In this document: one piece after another, positions 12,848 through 29,188 of the stretch
How positions within the stretch are numbered: the stretch's first letter is position 1
Layout of the letters: every line of letters begins with the position of its first letter
NCBI GenBank assembly: GCA_009914755.4
Contig: CP086569.2
Location: 3,136,001 to 3,200,000 of the forward strand
Reading direction: 5' to 3'
Source: the human T2T-CHM13v2.0 reference genome, Homo sapiens
Length of the DNA: 64,000 nucleotides
Position numbers and translations under genes: made by a program
Notes under the pieces: generated by a model
The model's database searches: none
Told to the model about the DNA's origin: nothing
What the model saw: only the letters and a program-made list of their open reading frames with translations

Positions 12848-15184
12848 AAGTGGGATCCATAATAGAGTTTCTAACAACCCCCAGGAGTGCTGAGTGACCA
12901 AGCAAGCTACCTGCCAGACTCACTGTGTCCATTGCTCTCTCAGAGAAGCTGGGAATCGTGGTAAGATCTCTGCCGGATTCTGAGGCTCTACGGATTTGGG
13001 TTTTAAGCTCTCTGAGTTTCTTCAAGCAAATTTCTGACCCAAACTGGGTTTGGAAGTCACAATAGAAACTTGACTGGGCGCAGGATCAGATTGAATCTGG
13101 TAATTAACTGGCTTGGATCCAGTTAGAGGCCTCTTACATCTGACTGGGTCAAAGAAACCAGTAGTAAATGGCAATATTGCAGGGGGTGTTAAATTTGGCT
13201 TTGGAAAACTCACAGGAATTTTTGTTTTCTACCCCTTTATTTCATTCTTCTTGTGTACTTAGGCAAAAAATCACTGGCTAAGTTGAGAAGGGGAACATGA
13301 GAGCAAAGTCAATATTTGAAGTAAAAATGGGATCCTTAATTTCTGAAGAACTGAGTTCCTTCAGCTCACACATGCATAAGTATCAGGCCCAGGAAGCAGC
13401 AAAGTCTTATAGAAATGGCAAAATGTTACTAAAGATAACTTACAGTGGAAAACTCCAAAAAAAATGAAGCCTCCCAAATTAGTCTCATCTAGGGATGCCT
13501 AATGATACGCAGAAACTTCTAAAATTTTTTCAATATTTTTATTTAAAGCTTTTACAAAAGGCAAATAAAAAGCTTAAGCAATTAATTAATATAAAAAATT
13601 AAATCTGCTAATTTTTGGCTTAGTTACTATCCCGATCCAAAGGAAATCGACTTCAGTACCAATTAGTTGACTTTTGGTAAGTAGTGGGGTACGTTTGACC
13701 TGGGCAAAGAATGGAATTGAGTTTGAGGCCCAACTTAGGAAGTTTAGATTCCCTCCTAAGACATAGGGAGTTAGAGGCCCTCCCCTCATTAAAATCCCTC
13801 TTGGTTAAAAACGGATTTGGCACTATGTGATGTTAACTCCTATTCTCTTTGGATTAATCGGCCTTGCACTTTTTGCTGATGGCTATGGGTGACAGGATTA
13901 GGCATGTACAGGATCATAGGACATGGGGAACTTTTTTCTCCCCAAAGGGGGAAACTTGAGAGCTTATAGGATTGATGGAAAAGATCACTTCCAGCAAGTG
14001 ACAAGTAGCCACCTGAACTTTTGATTCAGTATCTCTGCAATGGATGGGTCTTTCTCTGGCCTCCCTGAGCTCTTTGCGTTCCCCACCCCACCACAGGCAA
14101 TGCTTTTCTTTATCTCTTTCTCTCCTTTTCCTTTTCTCTTTTTTCTGTTATTCAGGGTGACCATCTTGCCCAGAGACCACATGTTGCAACTCCTCATTGG
14201 AGGCAAAGATGACAGAGCCCAACCAGGGGAAAGATCAAGCCATCCCAGTTTGATATTGGGTGCTAAGCAGAGTAGCTAATGTGTATGCTTTGTCACAGAG
14301 AAGTATCTGTACAGCCTCTGTCACTTGTGACCTATAAAGAAATACGTCACATCATGTATTAGAGAGATTCGGTTGTAGGGGATTAACAAAGAGACTGCTT
14401 AGTTAAGTGAGCAAACTCTATCTAGCTCATTCTTTGATCTATTTAATTTTAGATGGTTTGGTTTATGGGGATCCTAAATAAGGAGCATACTCCAAACTCT
14501 TGGTATTATCCTCCTAATAGTCATAATAGTATTTCTGCTGGTGTGCTGTATTCTCCCAAAAGTTTTAAATGTTTCCATGTAGCAATCTCTAGAATGTCAA
14601 CTGGTCTCTCTTCAACTGCAATGACAAAAGCTGAAAAAAATGTGTGACCATGAGGGAGCCATAACCTATGAATGACACGCTGAGACCGGAAATGCAAAAT
14701 GATGGTATCTGAGAGTGATGCTAAGGCCCCACATTTTGGTCACACTCTTCCCTAAGTAAGAACCTGACCAAAGAGGGGAAATTTTTAAACAAAATTGTGG
14801 GAGGCCATTGTTTTGGACTGAGCTCATGTACTAGGCCCTGGACCAAATCAAAATGAAGTCACTCATGCTAAATGTGGCATAATCAAACTAAGATTTTAAG
14901 GAAACACAAAGATCCTAGAACAGACCCAGTTTTGGGTTTTTTTTTTTCTCCTGTAAACAGGACATTCACGCATAAGTAAGTACCATCTACTCTAACCCAT
15001 AAAACAAACAAACGAACAAACAAAAAACTGAAGGCCTTGTTCCCACCTTGCAAAACCCACTCTTCTACTGTTTTTCAGTAGGTTTCAAGACCAAATAACT
15101 ACGTTTACAATGGTGATAGTGACATCAATGAGCAAAGTTTCAATCAATCTCTCAAAATTGAGAAGATGACCAAAAGGAGGGAAT
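12848..15184 (+). mobile_element. ERV internal region, highly degenerate with no intact ORFs. It has a possible gammaretrovirus-like Env TM / cytoplasmic-tail remnant at about 13818-13930.
   Basis: The region is flanked by the two homologous LTRs. Translating 13818 onward gives '..LTPILFGLIGLALFA..' (a hydrophobic anchor). The next frame gives 'MAMGDRIRHVQDH', which resembles the MLV Env tail 'NRLVQFVKDRISVVQALVL'. Confidence 0.5.
15172..15181 (+). other. Polypurine tract (PPT) candidate immediately upstream of the 3' LTR
   Basis: 'aaaaggaggg' sits 3 nt before the 3' LTR start 'tgttaaatcaa' at 15185. Confidence 0.55.
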
Positions 15185-15550
15185 TGTTAAATCAATTTTA
15201 GCCTAAAGCTGCCTCCTTCCATATTTTAAGTTCAGCCTAAAGTTTCCTCTGTAAGTTGTGAACTATAACCAGTGGAAGTATAAACAGACCATAGGTTACA
15301 CTTGTGCCAGTCGCTGAGTTTGGGCCAATCAAATATAGCTAACTGTTCGAACCGTGTTCAAATAAGGCAAACACCAAGCTGTAACCAATCCGGCTGTTTC
15401 TGTAACTCACTTCCATTTTCTGTACGTCACTTTCTCTTTTTTATTTTTTTTTTGTCAATAAGTCTTCTTCCACCACATGACTGTGCTGGAGTCTCTGAGC
15501 ATACTCTGGCTCAGAAGGCTGCCCAATTTGTGAATCATTCATTGCTCAAT
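15185..15550 (+). mobile_element. 3' LTR of the same ERV remnant
   Basis: 'tgttaaatcaattttagcctaaagctgcctccttccatattttaag...gggccaatcaaatatagc...aaccaatccggctg...gagtctctgagcatactctggc...cattgctcaattaaa' is homologous to 12495-12847. It carries 'attaaa' where the 5' LTR has 'atgaag'. Confidence 0.65.
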
Positions 15551-16639
15551 TAAACTCTTTTAAAATTTAATTTGGTGGAGGTTTTTATTTTATCAATGTC
15601 TACAATGGGAAACTTTTCTCAGTAAAAATGGATGCAGTAATATGGGTGGTCTTTCTCTCACATTATGCCACCTTTATGGGGTGAGAAAATAAGAACTTTA
15701 TTCCCAGTAGGATACACAAAATGAGAGCAGTGAATCATAGCAGTGGTAGAGGCAATTTTTGTCAACAAAGAAAAAAGTTTTCAAGTGCAACATATTTAAG
15801 TGAGCATGCACAGGCGAGATAGGTGTAATATAGGTAAACATGATTTTCAGGGCTTGTACAATCAGATTAACAATCCTGCTAAAAATTTCCCAAGCATAAA
15901 TCCTAATATGTGGTGAACATAGAATCTGTGTTACAGAGGGGACACATGAATGTTGATGAACCTGTCTCATGGACAACACCAAAGTCAGTACTATGTTATC
16001 TTACTAGGAGAGTAGAAATTACTCCAGTCAGAAAAAAACCTCTTTCCACAAGAATTTATGAGATGAATAAGCAAACCTATTTCACATGTTAAGATACCAA
16101 ACTTTCTTCATTAAATTTTTATGAAATGCACACATTGCTGTCAATGGTAACAGCAAATTAATTCACCTCCAAAAGCAATATTCCCAATTTGGTGGATAGT
16201 CTCTATATGTTAGCAAATTACATTTGGGTGGTTGGATACATTTCAAGTGGATTCAATAATGAACTTGTATTAGTTGTGAATATGTCATTTCTTCTTAAAG
16301 TGCTACCTAAGATAATAATTCAAAAAGCAAGTGAGACAAAAATTGTAAACTGTTAAAATACAATTACTCAGCATCAAAATAATGAAACAATGTCTCTCAC
16401 TTCCTAATTTCAGTGAAAGTACATATTGTGGCTTACAATAACTACACATTTTGTCTGTGACATTTAAAAATATTTTTATTCTCATTTTGTGAAGTAGTTT
16501 TTATGTACAGTAAAAATTATTTTTTGGAAGTAAGAATTTATATATTGGGGCAGGGGAAAAAAGAAAATATAATACATGCATGCATAGATACAGATAAAGC
16601 AAATGTTGAAAGTTTTAATGATTGGCCAATTCAGGTGTA

Positions 16640-19210
<2,571 letters not shown>

Positions 19211-22110
19211 ACAAAATTTTTAAAATGTTCACATTTTGTTAAGTATAAGTGGATAATCATCATGATTCAATAATTTGAAAACCTTGATGCAGCAAATTAC
19301 TTTGTTCAGAAAACATATTTCTCAGAAAATGTTGTTCAGCCATATTTGTCCTTCTCTAACTCATATTTTTAAAATTAAATATTTCTTTCTTAACTGTTTC
19401 TTACCAATGAACTTTGTTTATAGATAATTTCTTTACTGAAAATAGAATGAAAGTACTTGCAATATATGATGAAATGCCCAGGGGAGCAAGACGACTGAAT
19501 AGAAGCTTCTACCAATTGTCCTCCCTGCAGGAACACCAAATTTCACATCTACACAAAAACGCACATTAATAAGAACCAAAAATCAGGTGAGTAACCACAG
19601 TACCTGGTTTTAACTTTATATCATTGAAGAAAGCACCGAAGAGGGCAGAAAATATAATCTTGAGTTGCTGATGCCACCCCTACCACATCAACCAGCAGCA
19701 GCCCTGTTGCCCAGAGAGACAATCTGTGCTCTAGGGAGAGGAAAAGAATTGTGATTGTGAGACTTTGCATTGGCACTCAGTGCTGTCCTATCACAGTGAA
19801 AGTAACATCACACAGAACTCAGCCAATGCCTGTGGAGGGAGCATTTAGACCATATCTAAGCAGAGGAGAATCATCCATCCCAGTGGCTCTAACTTGAGGT
19901 CTGGCAAGACTAGCCACTGTAAACTAAAGTCCTGTAGAGTACTTAATTAACTTGAAAGGCATTCTAGGCCACAAAGCCTGCAACTCCCAGGCAAGTCCTA
20001 GTGCTGTGCTGGGCTTGGAGCCACTGTACTTTGGGGGCACACAACCTAGTGAGACAATGGAATGGCCAAGGGAATGCTTCCGCCACCCCACTTCCAATAC
20101 CAGGCAACGCAGCTCAAAGCTCTTAAAGAGACTCCTTCCTCCCACTTGAGGAAAAGAGAGGGAAGAGTAAAAAGGACTTTGTCTTGCAACATGGAGACCA
20201 GCTCACCCACAGTAATAGGGCACCAGGCAGAGTCTTCAGGTCCCCATTACAGGCTCTAGGTCCTGGATGACATTTCTAGTCATACCCTGAGCCAGAAGGA
20301 AACTCGCTGCCTTGAAGAGAAGGACCCAGTCCTAATAGTATACATCATCTTCTGACTAAAGGGCTCTTGGGCCCTGAATAAACAATCGTGGTAGTCAAGT
20401 AGTACCTGGCATGGGCTTTGGGTGGGACTCTGAGACCTGCTAGCTTAAGGTGTGACCCAGAACATTTACAGATGTGGTGGCTATGAGGACAGACTCCTTC
20501 TGCTTTTGAGAAGCAGAAAGAAAAGGAGTCTTTCTCTTGAACCTCAGGTACCAGCTCAGCCACGGTGAGGTAGAGCACATAGTGGACTTTCTGGGACCCC
20601 AATTCCAGGCTTTGGCTCTTGGATGTTATTTGTGGACCTTTCTTGGGCCAGAATAGAGCCAATTTCCCTGAAGGGTGAATCCCGGGCCTGGCAGCATTCA
20701 CTACTAGCTGACTAAAGAGCCCTTGGACCTTGAGGGTATATTGCTGGTCACCTGGCAGTACTCCCTGTGGGCATGTGGGGATGGAGGGCATGGGGAGAGA
20801 ATCCCCGCTTCTGAAAAGAAGAGGAAAAAGTGAAAAAGACTTTGTCTTGTGGCTTGGATGCCAGCTCAGACACAGACGAATAGAGCAGCAGGTAGAATTC
20901 TAAGGCCTCTGACGCTAGACCCTAGATTCTGGGTAACATTCCTGAACTTGTCCTGGGCCACCATGAACGGAAAAAGCAAGCCTGGCTGATTTCACCACTT
21001 ACTAATCGTAGAACCCTAGGGACTTAAGTGAACAAAGGCAGCAACTAGATAGTGATTACAATGGGCCTTGCACAAGACCCAGTGCTGTGTTGTCCCACAC
21101 AGCAGTCCCAGTGATGTTGACCACAGGGGTGGTTGTGTCACCCCTCCCCAAGCTCCAAGCAACTCAGCACAGAGAGAGAGACCCTGTTTGTTTTGGAGAA
21201 AGCACAAGAAGAGAACAAGAGTCTCTGCCTAGTAATTCAGATAATTCTCCTAGATTTTATCCAAGACCACCATGGCAGTACTTCTATAAGTATGAAAAAG
21301 CCACAGTCTTTTTGGGCTGGGGGTGCACTCTGATGCAGATACAGCTTAAGTGACCAAAAACTTAGATAAAAACACCAAAGTCCCTTTGAATACTTGGAAA
21401 GCCTTCCCAAGAAGGACAGGTATAAACTAGCTCAGACTGCAAAGACTACAATAAATACTTAATTCTTTAATGCTCAAAAACTGATGAACATTCACAACCA
21501 TCAAGACCATCCATGAAAACATGACCTCACCAAAATAACTATAGAAAGTCACCAGGGACAAATCCTGGTGAAACAGAGTTCTGTGACCTTTCAGAGAATT
21601 CAAAATGCCTTTATTGAGGAAACTCAATGAAATTCTACATAACACACAAAAGAAATTGAGACTTTTACCAGATAAGTTTAGTAGATATTCAAATAATTAA
21701 AGAGAATCAAGCAGAATTGCTGGAGTTGAAAAATACAACTGTCATCCTGAAGGATGCATCAGAGGCTCTTAATAGCAGAATTGATCAAGCAGAAGAAAGA
21801 AAGAATTCGTGAGCTTGGAGACAGGGTATTTGAAAATACATAGTCAAGAGAGACAAAAGAAAAAAGAAAAAGAAAAATACATACCTATGAGATCTAGAAA
21901 ATAGCCTGAAAACAGCAAATCTAAGACATATTGCCCTTAAAGAGGAGGTAGAGAGAGATAAGGATAGAAAGTTTATTCAAGCCGTTCATAACAGAGAACT
22001 TCTCAAACCTATTAAAAGATATCAATCTTCAAGTACAAGAAAGTTATAGAATGCCAAGCAGATTTAACCCAAAGAAGATTACCTCAAGGGATTTAATAAT
22101 CAAAGTCCTG

Positions 22111-22438
<328 letters not shown>

Positions 22439-23319
22439 CTAAAAGCAGCAAGAGAAAAGAAACAAATAACATACAATGCACTCCAATAGGCAGCAGACAT
22501 TCAGTGGAAACCTTACAGGCCAGGAGAGAGTGACATGACATATTGAAAGTGCTGAAGGAAAATAACTTCTACCTTAGACTAGTATATCCAGTGAAAATAT
22601 TCTTTAAGCATGAAGAAATAAGGACCTTCCCAGGAAAATAAAAGCTGAGGAATTTCATCAACATGACACCTGTCCTGCAAGAAATGCTAAAGGGAGTTCT
22701 TCAATCTGAAACAGAAGGATATTAATGAACAATAAAAAATTGTCTGAAGGTACAAAACTTACCAGTAATAATAGGAATACAGAAAAACACAGAATATTAT
22801 AACACTTTAATTGTGGTGTGTAAACTACTCATATCTTGGGTAGAAAGACTAAAGGAGGAAATGATAAAAATAATAACTATAAAACCATTCAATACATAGG
22901 GAGTAAAATAAGAATTAAATAGAAACAACAATAAGTTAAAAAGTGGAGGGATTAAGTTAAAATATAGAGTTTTTATAAATTTTCCTTTTGCTTTTTTATT
23001 TATGTAATCAATGTTAAATTTTCTTCAGTTTATAATAATGGGTTATAAGATAGTATTTGCAGGCCTCATGGTAACCTCACATGAAATACATACTACAGGT
23101 AAACAAAATTGAAAAACAATAAATTAAAACATACCACCAGAGACAATAATCTTCCCTGAAAGGAAGACAGGAAAGATGGAAGTAAAGAAGAGAAGACCAC
23201 AAAACAACTAGAAAACAAATAACAAAATAGCAAGAGTAATTCCTTCGTTATCAATAATAACATTAAAAATAAAAGAAACTCTCCAATCAAAATATATAGA
23301 ATGGATGAATGAATTTTTA

Positions 23320-23822
<503 letters not shown>

Positions 23823-24208
23823 TTAAAAGATCATTAGATGCTTCCATGAACAACTATATGGTAATAAACTGGAAAACCTAAAAAAAATGGGCAAATTTCT
23901 AGTCACTTAAAATCTACCAAGATTGAGCCATGAAAATTCCAAAATCTGAGTAGGGCCATAACAAGTACCAAGATTGAAGCCATAATAAAAAGTCTCCCAG
24001 CAAAGAAAAGTCCAGACCCCCATAGTTTCATTGTGGTATTTTATCAAACATTTTAAAAGAACTAGTACCAATCCTACTCAAACTATTTCAAAAAATAAAG
24101 GAAGAGAGGATACTTCCAAACTTATTCTACGAGGCCAGTATTACCGTATACCAAAACCAGACAAAGACACACACACAAAAATGCAGGCCAATACCCTTGA
24201 TGAACATT

Positions 24209-24620
24209 TTTTTAAAACATTTATTTTAAGTTTAGGGGTAAAATTGCAGACTTATTATATAAGTAAACTTGTGTCATGGGAGTTTGTTGTACAGATTATT
24301 TTTTCACCCAGGTATTAAGCATAGTAACGATTAGTTATTTTTGCTGATCCTTTCCTTCCTTCCACCCTCCACCATCCAAAAGGCCCCAGTGTGTGTTGTT
24401 CCCTTTGATGCGTCCATGTGTTCTCATCATTTAGATTCCACTTATAAGTGAGAACATGCAATATTTGGTTTTCTGTTTCTGTGTTAGTTTGCTAAGGATA
24501 ATGGCCTCCAGCTCCATCCATGTTCCTGCAAAAGATATGAGCTAGCTCTTTTCTATGGCTGCATAGTACTCCATGGTGTATGTGTACCACATTTTCTTTA
24601 TCCATTCTATCATTGATGGG
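24209..24620 (-). mobile_element. Nested short L1 3'-end fragment (about 410 bp) inserted in the opposite orientation inside ORF2 of the host L1, flanked by a 14-bp target-site duplication
   Basis: A poly-T is followed by 'aaaacatttattttaagtttaggggtaaaattgcagac...ggcctccagctccatccatgttcctgcaaaagatatgagc...ccattctatcattgatggg', the reverse complement of an L1 3' end. The host sequence 'ccttgatgaacatt' at 24195-24208 is repeated as 'ccttgatgaagact' at 24623-24636. Confidence 0.8.
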
Positions 24621-25794
24621 TCCTTGATGAAGACTGATGCAAAAATTCTGAACAACATACCAGCAAAACAAATTCAACAACATATTAAAAAGATAATGAC
24701 CAAGTGGGATTTATTCCAGGGATGCAGAAATGGTTTCAGATTGACAAAGCAATCAGTATGATACATTATATTAACAGAATGAAGGAAAGAAATTACATGG
24801 TCATTTCAATTGATACTGAGTAAACATTTGATAAAATTCAACATTCTTTCATTACTCAATCTATGCATTTGATGAAGGCCTAATATCCAGCATCTATAAA
24901 GTACTTAAACAAATTTACAAGAAAAAGAAAACACTAACAAAACCATTAAAATGTAGGCAAAGGACACGAGAAGACACTTTTCCAATGAAGACATACATGG
25001 GGCCAACAATCATATGAAAGAAAGCTCAACATCACTGATCATCAGAGAAGTGTATGTCAAAACCATAATGAGATACTATCTCATACCAGTCAGAATGGTT
25101 AATTATTAAACAGACAAAAAATAACAGATGATGGCGAGATTGTGGAGAAAAAGGAATGCTGATACACTCTTGGTAGGAGTGTAAATTAGTTCAGCCATTG
25201 TGGAAGACAGTGTGGTGATTCCTCAAAGACCTAAAAACAGAAATACTGTTTGACTCAGCAATCTCATTACTGGTTATATACCTAAAGGAATATAAATCAT
25301 TCTGTTATAAAGAAACATGGATGCGTATGTTCATTGCAGCACTATTCACAATAGCAAAGACATGGAATCAAACTAAATGCTCATCAATGATAGACCGAAT
25401 TTCAAAATGTCGTACATATACACCATGGAATACTATGCAGACATAAAAAAGAATGAGATCATAAAAAAGAATGAGTTATTTGAAGGAACATGGATGAAGC
25501 TGGAGACCACTACCCTTAGTAAACTAACGTAGGAACAGAAAACCAAATACTGCATGTTCTCAGTTATAAGTGGGAGCTAAATGATGAAAACACATGGACG
25601 CATAGATGAAAACAACACAAACTGGGGCCTATTGGAGGGTGGAGGGTGAAAGGAGGGAGAGGGTCAGGAAGAATAGCTAATGGGTACTAAGTTTAATACC
25701 TAGGTCATGAAATAATCTGTACAACAAACCCCGATGATACAAGTTTACCTATGTAACAAACCTGCACACATGCCCTTGAACTTAAAAGTTAAAA

Positions 25795-28112
25795 AAGCAA
25801 CTCAGAAAAATCTGAGTATAGAAGGAACACATCTCAACACAATAAAAGCCATACATAACAGACTCACAGGTAGTATCTTTCTGAATGAAGAAAAGCTGAA
25901 AGTGTTTCCTTTAAGATCTGGAGCAAGACAGGGGTGCCCACTTTCACCACTGTTATTAACATAGTACTGGAAGTTCTAGCTAAAGCAATCAGACAAGAGA
26001 AATAAAGGGCATCCAATATGGAAAGGAAGAATTTACATTATCCTTTTTTTGCAGATGTTACAATCTTATATTTCGAAAAACCTAAACACCCCACTAAAAA
26101 TGATTAGAACTGATAAATGAATTCAGTGAAGTTGCAAGATACAAAATCAACATACAAAAATCAATAGCAAAAATCATTAACAATGAACAATCTGAAAAAG
26201 ATTAAAAAACATAATTTTATTTACAATAGCTACAAATAAAATCACATACCTAAGAATTAGTGTAACTAAAAAAGTTATAGATCTCTACAATGAAAACTAT
26301 GAAACATTGATGAGAGAAATTGAAGAGGACACCAAAAGATGAAAAGATATTTTATGTTCATGGTTTGGAAGAATCAATATTGTTAACATGTCCATACAAC
26401 CCAAAGCAATCTACAGATTTAATGCAATGCCTATCAAAATACCAATAATATTATTCATAGAAATTGAAAAAACAATCATGACATTCATACAAAATCATAA
26501 TAGACCCAGAATAGCCAAAGCTATCTTTTTCAAAAAGGACAAAATTGGAGGAATCACATTGTCTGACTTCAAATTATACTACAAACCTATAGTAATGACA
26601 ACAGTATGATGCTGAAATAAAAACAAATGCATAGATTAATGGAACAGAATGGAGAATGGAGAACACACCCATTCATCTACAGTGAATACATTTTTGACAA
26701 AAGTGCCAAGCACATACAATAGGGAAAGGACAGTCACTCTAATAAATCGTGCTGAAAAAAAATGGACATCCATATGCACAAGAATAATACTAGACCACTA
26801 TCTCTCACCATATGCAAAAATTAAATCAAAATGGATTAAGCACTTAAAGCTAAGACTTCTAACTATGAAGCTACAAAATGAAAACATAGGGAAAACTCTC
26901 CAGAACACTGGACTGGACAAAGATTTCTTAAGTAAATACCCCACAAGCGTGGGCAACCAAAGCCAAAATGGACAAATGGGATGAAATAATGTTAAAATGC
27001 TTCTGCACAGCAAAAGAAATAATCAACAAAGTGAGAAGATAACTCACAGAAAAGGAGAAAACACTTATAAACTATCCATCTGGCAAGAAATTCATAACCA
27101 GCATATATAATAAGCTCAAACAACTCTATAGGAAAAAATTTAATAATCAAATTTAAAAATGGGCAAAAGAATTGAATAGACATTTCTCAAAAGAAGACAA
27201 ATAAATGGCAAAGAATTGTATGAAAAGGTGCTCAACATCATTGGTAATCAGAAAAATGCAAATCAAAACTACAGTGAGATATAATCTTACTTCAGTTAAA
27301 ATAAATTTAATCCAAAAACAGACAATAACAAATGCTGGCGAGGATGTGGAGCAAAGGGATTCCACCTACACTGTTGGTGAGAATGTAAATTAGTACAACC
27401 ACTATGGAGAACAGTTTGGAGAGTCCTGAAAAAACTAAGACTAGAGCTATCATACCATCCAGCAATCCCACTTGTAGGCATATATCCAATATCAAAGAGA
27501 TATTTGCACACTCACATATACTGCAGGACTATTCACAATAGTCAAAATTTGGAAACAACCTGCGTTTTCATCAACACCTGACCGGATAATGAAAATATGG
27601 TACATATACACAATGAAGTACTATTGAGCCATAAAAAGTAATTAGGTCCTTCCATTTGCAACAAAATGAGTGGAACTGGAAGTCATTATGCTAAGTGAAA
27701 TAAGCTAGGCATAAAAAGATAAACTTCACATATTCTCACTCATTTGTGGGAGTTGAATATTAAAGTAGTTGAACCCTAGGAGACAGAGTGTTGAAGGATC
27801 ATTACCAGAGAATGCGGAGGAACTGGGGATGGTTAACAGGTTCAAAAAGTAGTTAGAAAGGATAAATAAGACCTAGTATTTGACAGCACAACTGGGTGAA
27901 TGTAGGTTATAATAATTTATTGTTAATTTTAACATAACTAAAAGAGTGTAACTGGATTGTTTGTAACAAAAAGGATAAATGATTGAGGTAATAAATAGTT
28001 CATTTACCCTGATGTGATTATTACATATTGTATGCCTGTATCAATATATCTTATGTACTCCATAAATATATAGATCTTCTACATACCCATGAAAAATTAA
28101 AATGAAAAAAAA
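25795..28112 (+). mobile_element. LINE-1 (older L1M-like) ORF2 RT domain to 3' end with A-tail, 5'-truncated, abutting the preceding L1
   Basis: 'ctcagaaaaatctgagtatagaaggaacacatctcaacacaataaaagccatacataacagactcacagg...caggggtgcccactttcaccactgttattaacatagtactggaagttctagc...ccaaagcaatctacagatttaatgcaatgcctatcaaaatacc...atgcaaatcaaaactacagtgagatataatcttacttcag...', ending 'gaaaaattaaaatgaaaaaaaaa'. Confidence 0.85.
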
Positions 28113-28654
28113 ACCACTTAAAATGTATAATGAAGCACCATATCTGACAATCAACAAAATATGATCATTGATCCTTGGTCAATTATGGTATATGATGTTT
28201 ACATTGTAACTTAAAATCCTTCATGGAAAGTTGTTACTTACATGCAATAGTAGGCCTAATGGAGAAATTTTTGAAATTTGGAAAATTATTCATTTTCTTG
28301 AGGAAATGTGGTTTGGTAGGATAAAACAGAGGCTTGAAAAAGGAAGATTCACAAGTTTGCTCAACTGTGTACAACATAAATGTTTGTGGGTCAGTTTATT
28401 AAGCACATTTAGGGACTAATTTCACCTTTTAAAATTGGTTTATAACTACCCAATTGCATACTTGGCACATAGTGGAGTTAGTAAATAATATATTTTGTCA
28501 TTTTGTTTTACTATTTGTTTTGACAATTGTTGTGATTATTGCACCTTAGTTTTCTGACACATTTGGCGCTGTTTTCTCACTTACAAAAGAAAGGTCATGA
28601 ACTAGACAATTCTTACGGTTCTTACAGATCCAACATTCTCACTGTAGACAATAG

Positions 28655-28870
28655 GTCAGCAAATCTACTCTGTAAAGAGCCAGAGGGTAGATATTTTTGG
28701 CTCTGTGCACAGATCATCTGTCTTAACTACTTAACTCTGCTATTATGATGTGAAATCAGCCATTGATAATTTATGAACTAATGGACCTGGCTGTGTTCTA
28801 ACAAAGCCACATTTACAAAAACAGTTTATAGGTCAAGTTGGCCTGTGGGCTGAAGTTTGCCTGCCTCTGT
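28655..28870 (+). mobile_element. hAT-type non-autonomous DNA transposon fossil (MER5-like)
   Basis: 'ggtcagcaaatctactctgtaaagagccagagggtagatatttttggctctgtgcacagatcatctgtcttaactacttaactctgc...tgaaatcagccattgataatttatgaactaatggacctggctgtgttctaacaaagccacatttacaaaaacag...ggcctgtgggctgaagtttgcctgcctctg' resembles the remembered consensus 'ggtcagcaaactttttctgtaaagggccagatagtaaatattttaggcttt...ggctgtgttccaataaaactttatttacaaaaacaggcggcgggccggatttggcc...agtttgccgacccctg'. Confidence 0.5.
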
Positions 28871-29131
28871 TCCAGGTATTCAAACAGTCAGTAAATTCAA
28901 ATGCCTTTATTTGACAAAATAATTTTGTGTCATCATATTCAACATTAGCTGCTGAGGTCTTTGCAACAATGAGGCTGAAAGTAAGATAATATGACCAATA
29001 GAGAAGGCACTTACTCTCTATGTTGTCACTGAATTATCTTGATTTTGTGGGGTAATAACAAGGAGAGATTATTGTTATACTATGTAACTCTGAAAACAGC
29101 ACTGCTGCCTAGAACCATCACTGCTGGTGCT

Positions 29132-29188
29132 CTTATGATTAAGATTTTCTCTTATGATTAAGATTTGCCCTTATGATTAAGATTTGCG
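29132..29188. repeat. Minisatellite: three tandem copies of a 19-bp unit 'cttatgattaagattt(t/g)c(t/c/g)'
   Basis: 'cttatgattaagattttct cttatgattaagatttgcc cttatgattaagatttgcg' read directly. Confidence 0.9.

Noticed and set aside
12573-13025. 150-aa ORF on the minus strand
   Set aside because: It lies across the ERV 5' LTR/leader on the antisense strand with no retroviral protein similarity. It is a chance ORF.
13586-14300. ERV internal region, considered as a possible intact gag/pol/env gene
   Set aside because: No ORF longer than about 80 codons was found. Only a short Env-tail-like motif is recognisable, so the region is treated as a degenerate remnant.
20345-20791. 148-aa antisense ORF inside the L1 5'UTR, considered as an ORF0-like antisense L1 gene
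   Set aside because: The paralogous 5'UTR copy at 49332-51335 does not preserve this frame. Only short, different antisense ORFs occur there (49528-49761 and 50969-51190), so conservation is lacking. It is probably a chance ORF in GC-richer UTR sequence.
29132-29188. The short tandem arrays at 29132, 33938 and 52880, considered as possible CRISPR-like repeat-spacer arrays
   Set aside because: The units are directly adjacent with no unique spacers, there are only 2-3 copies, and the context is eukaryotic. They are minisatellites.
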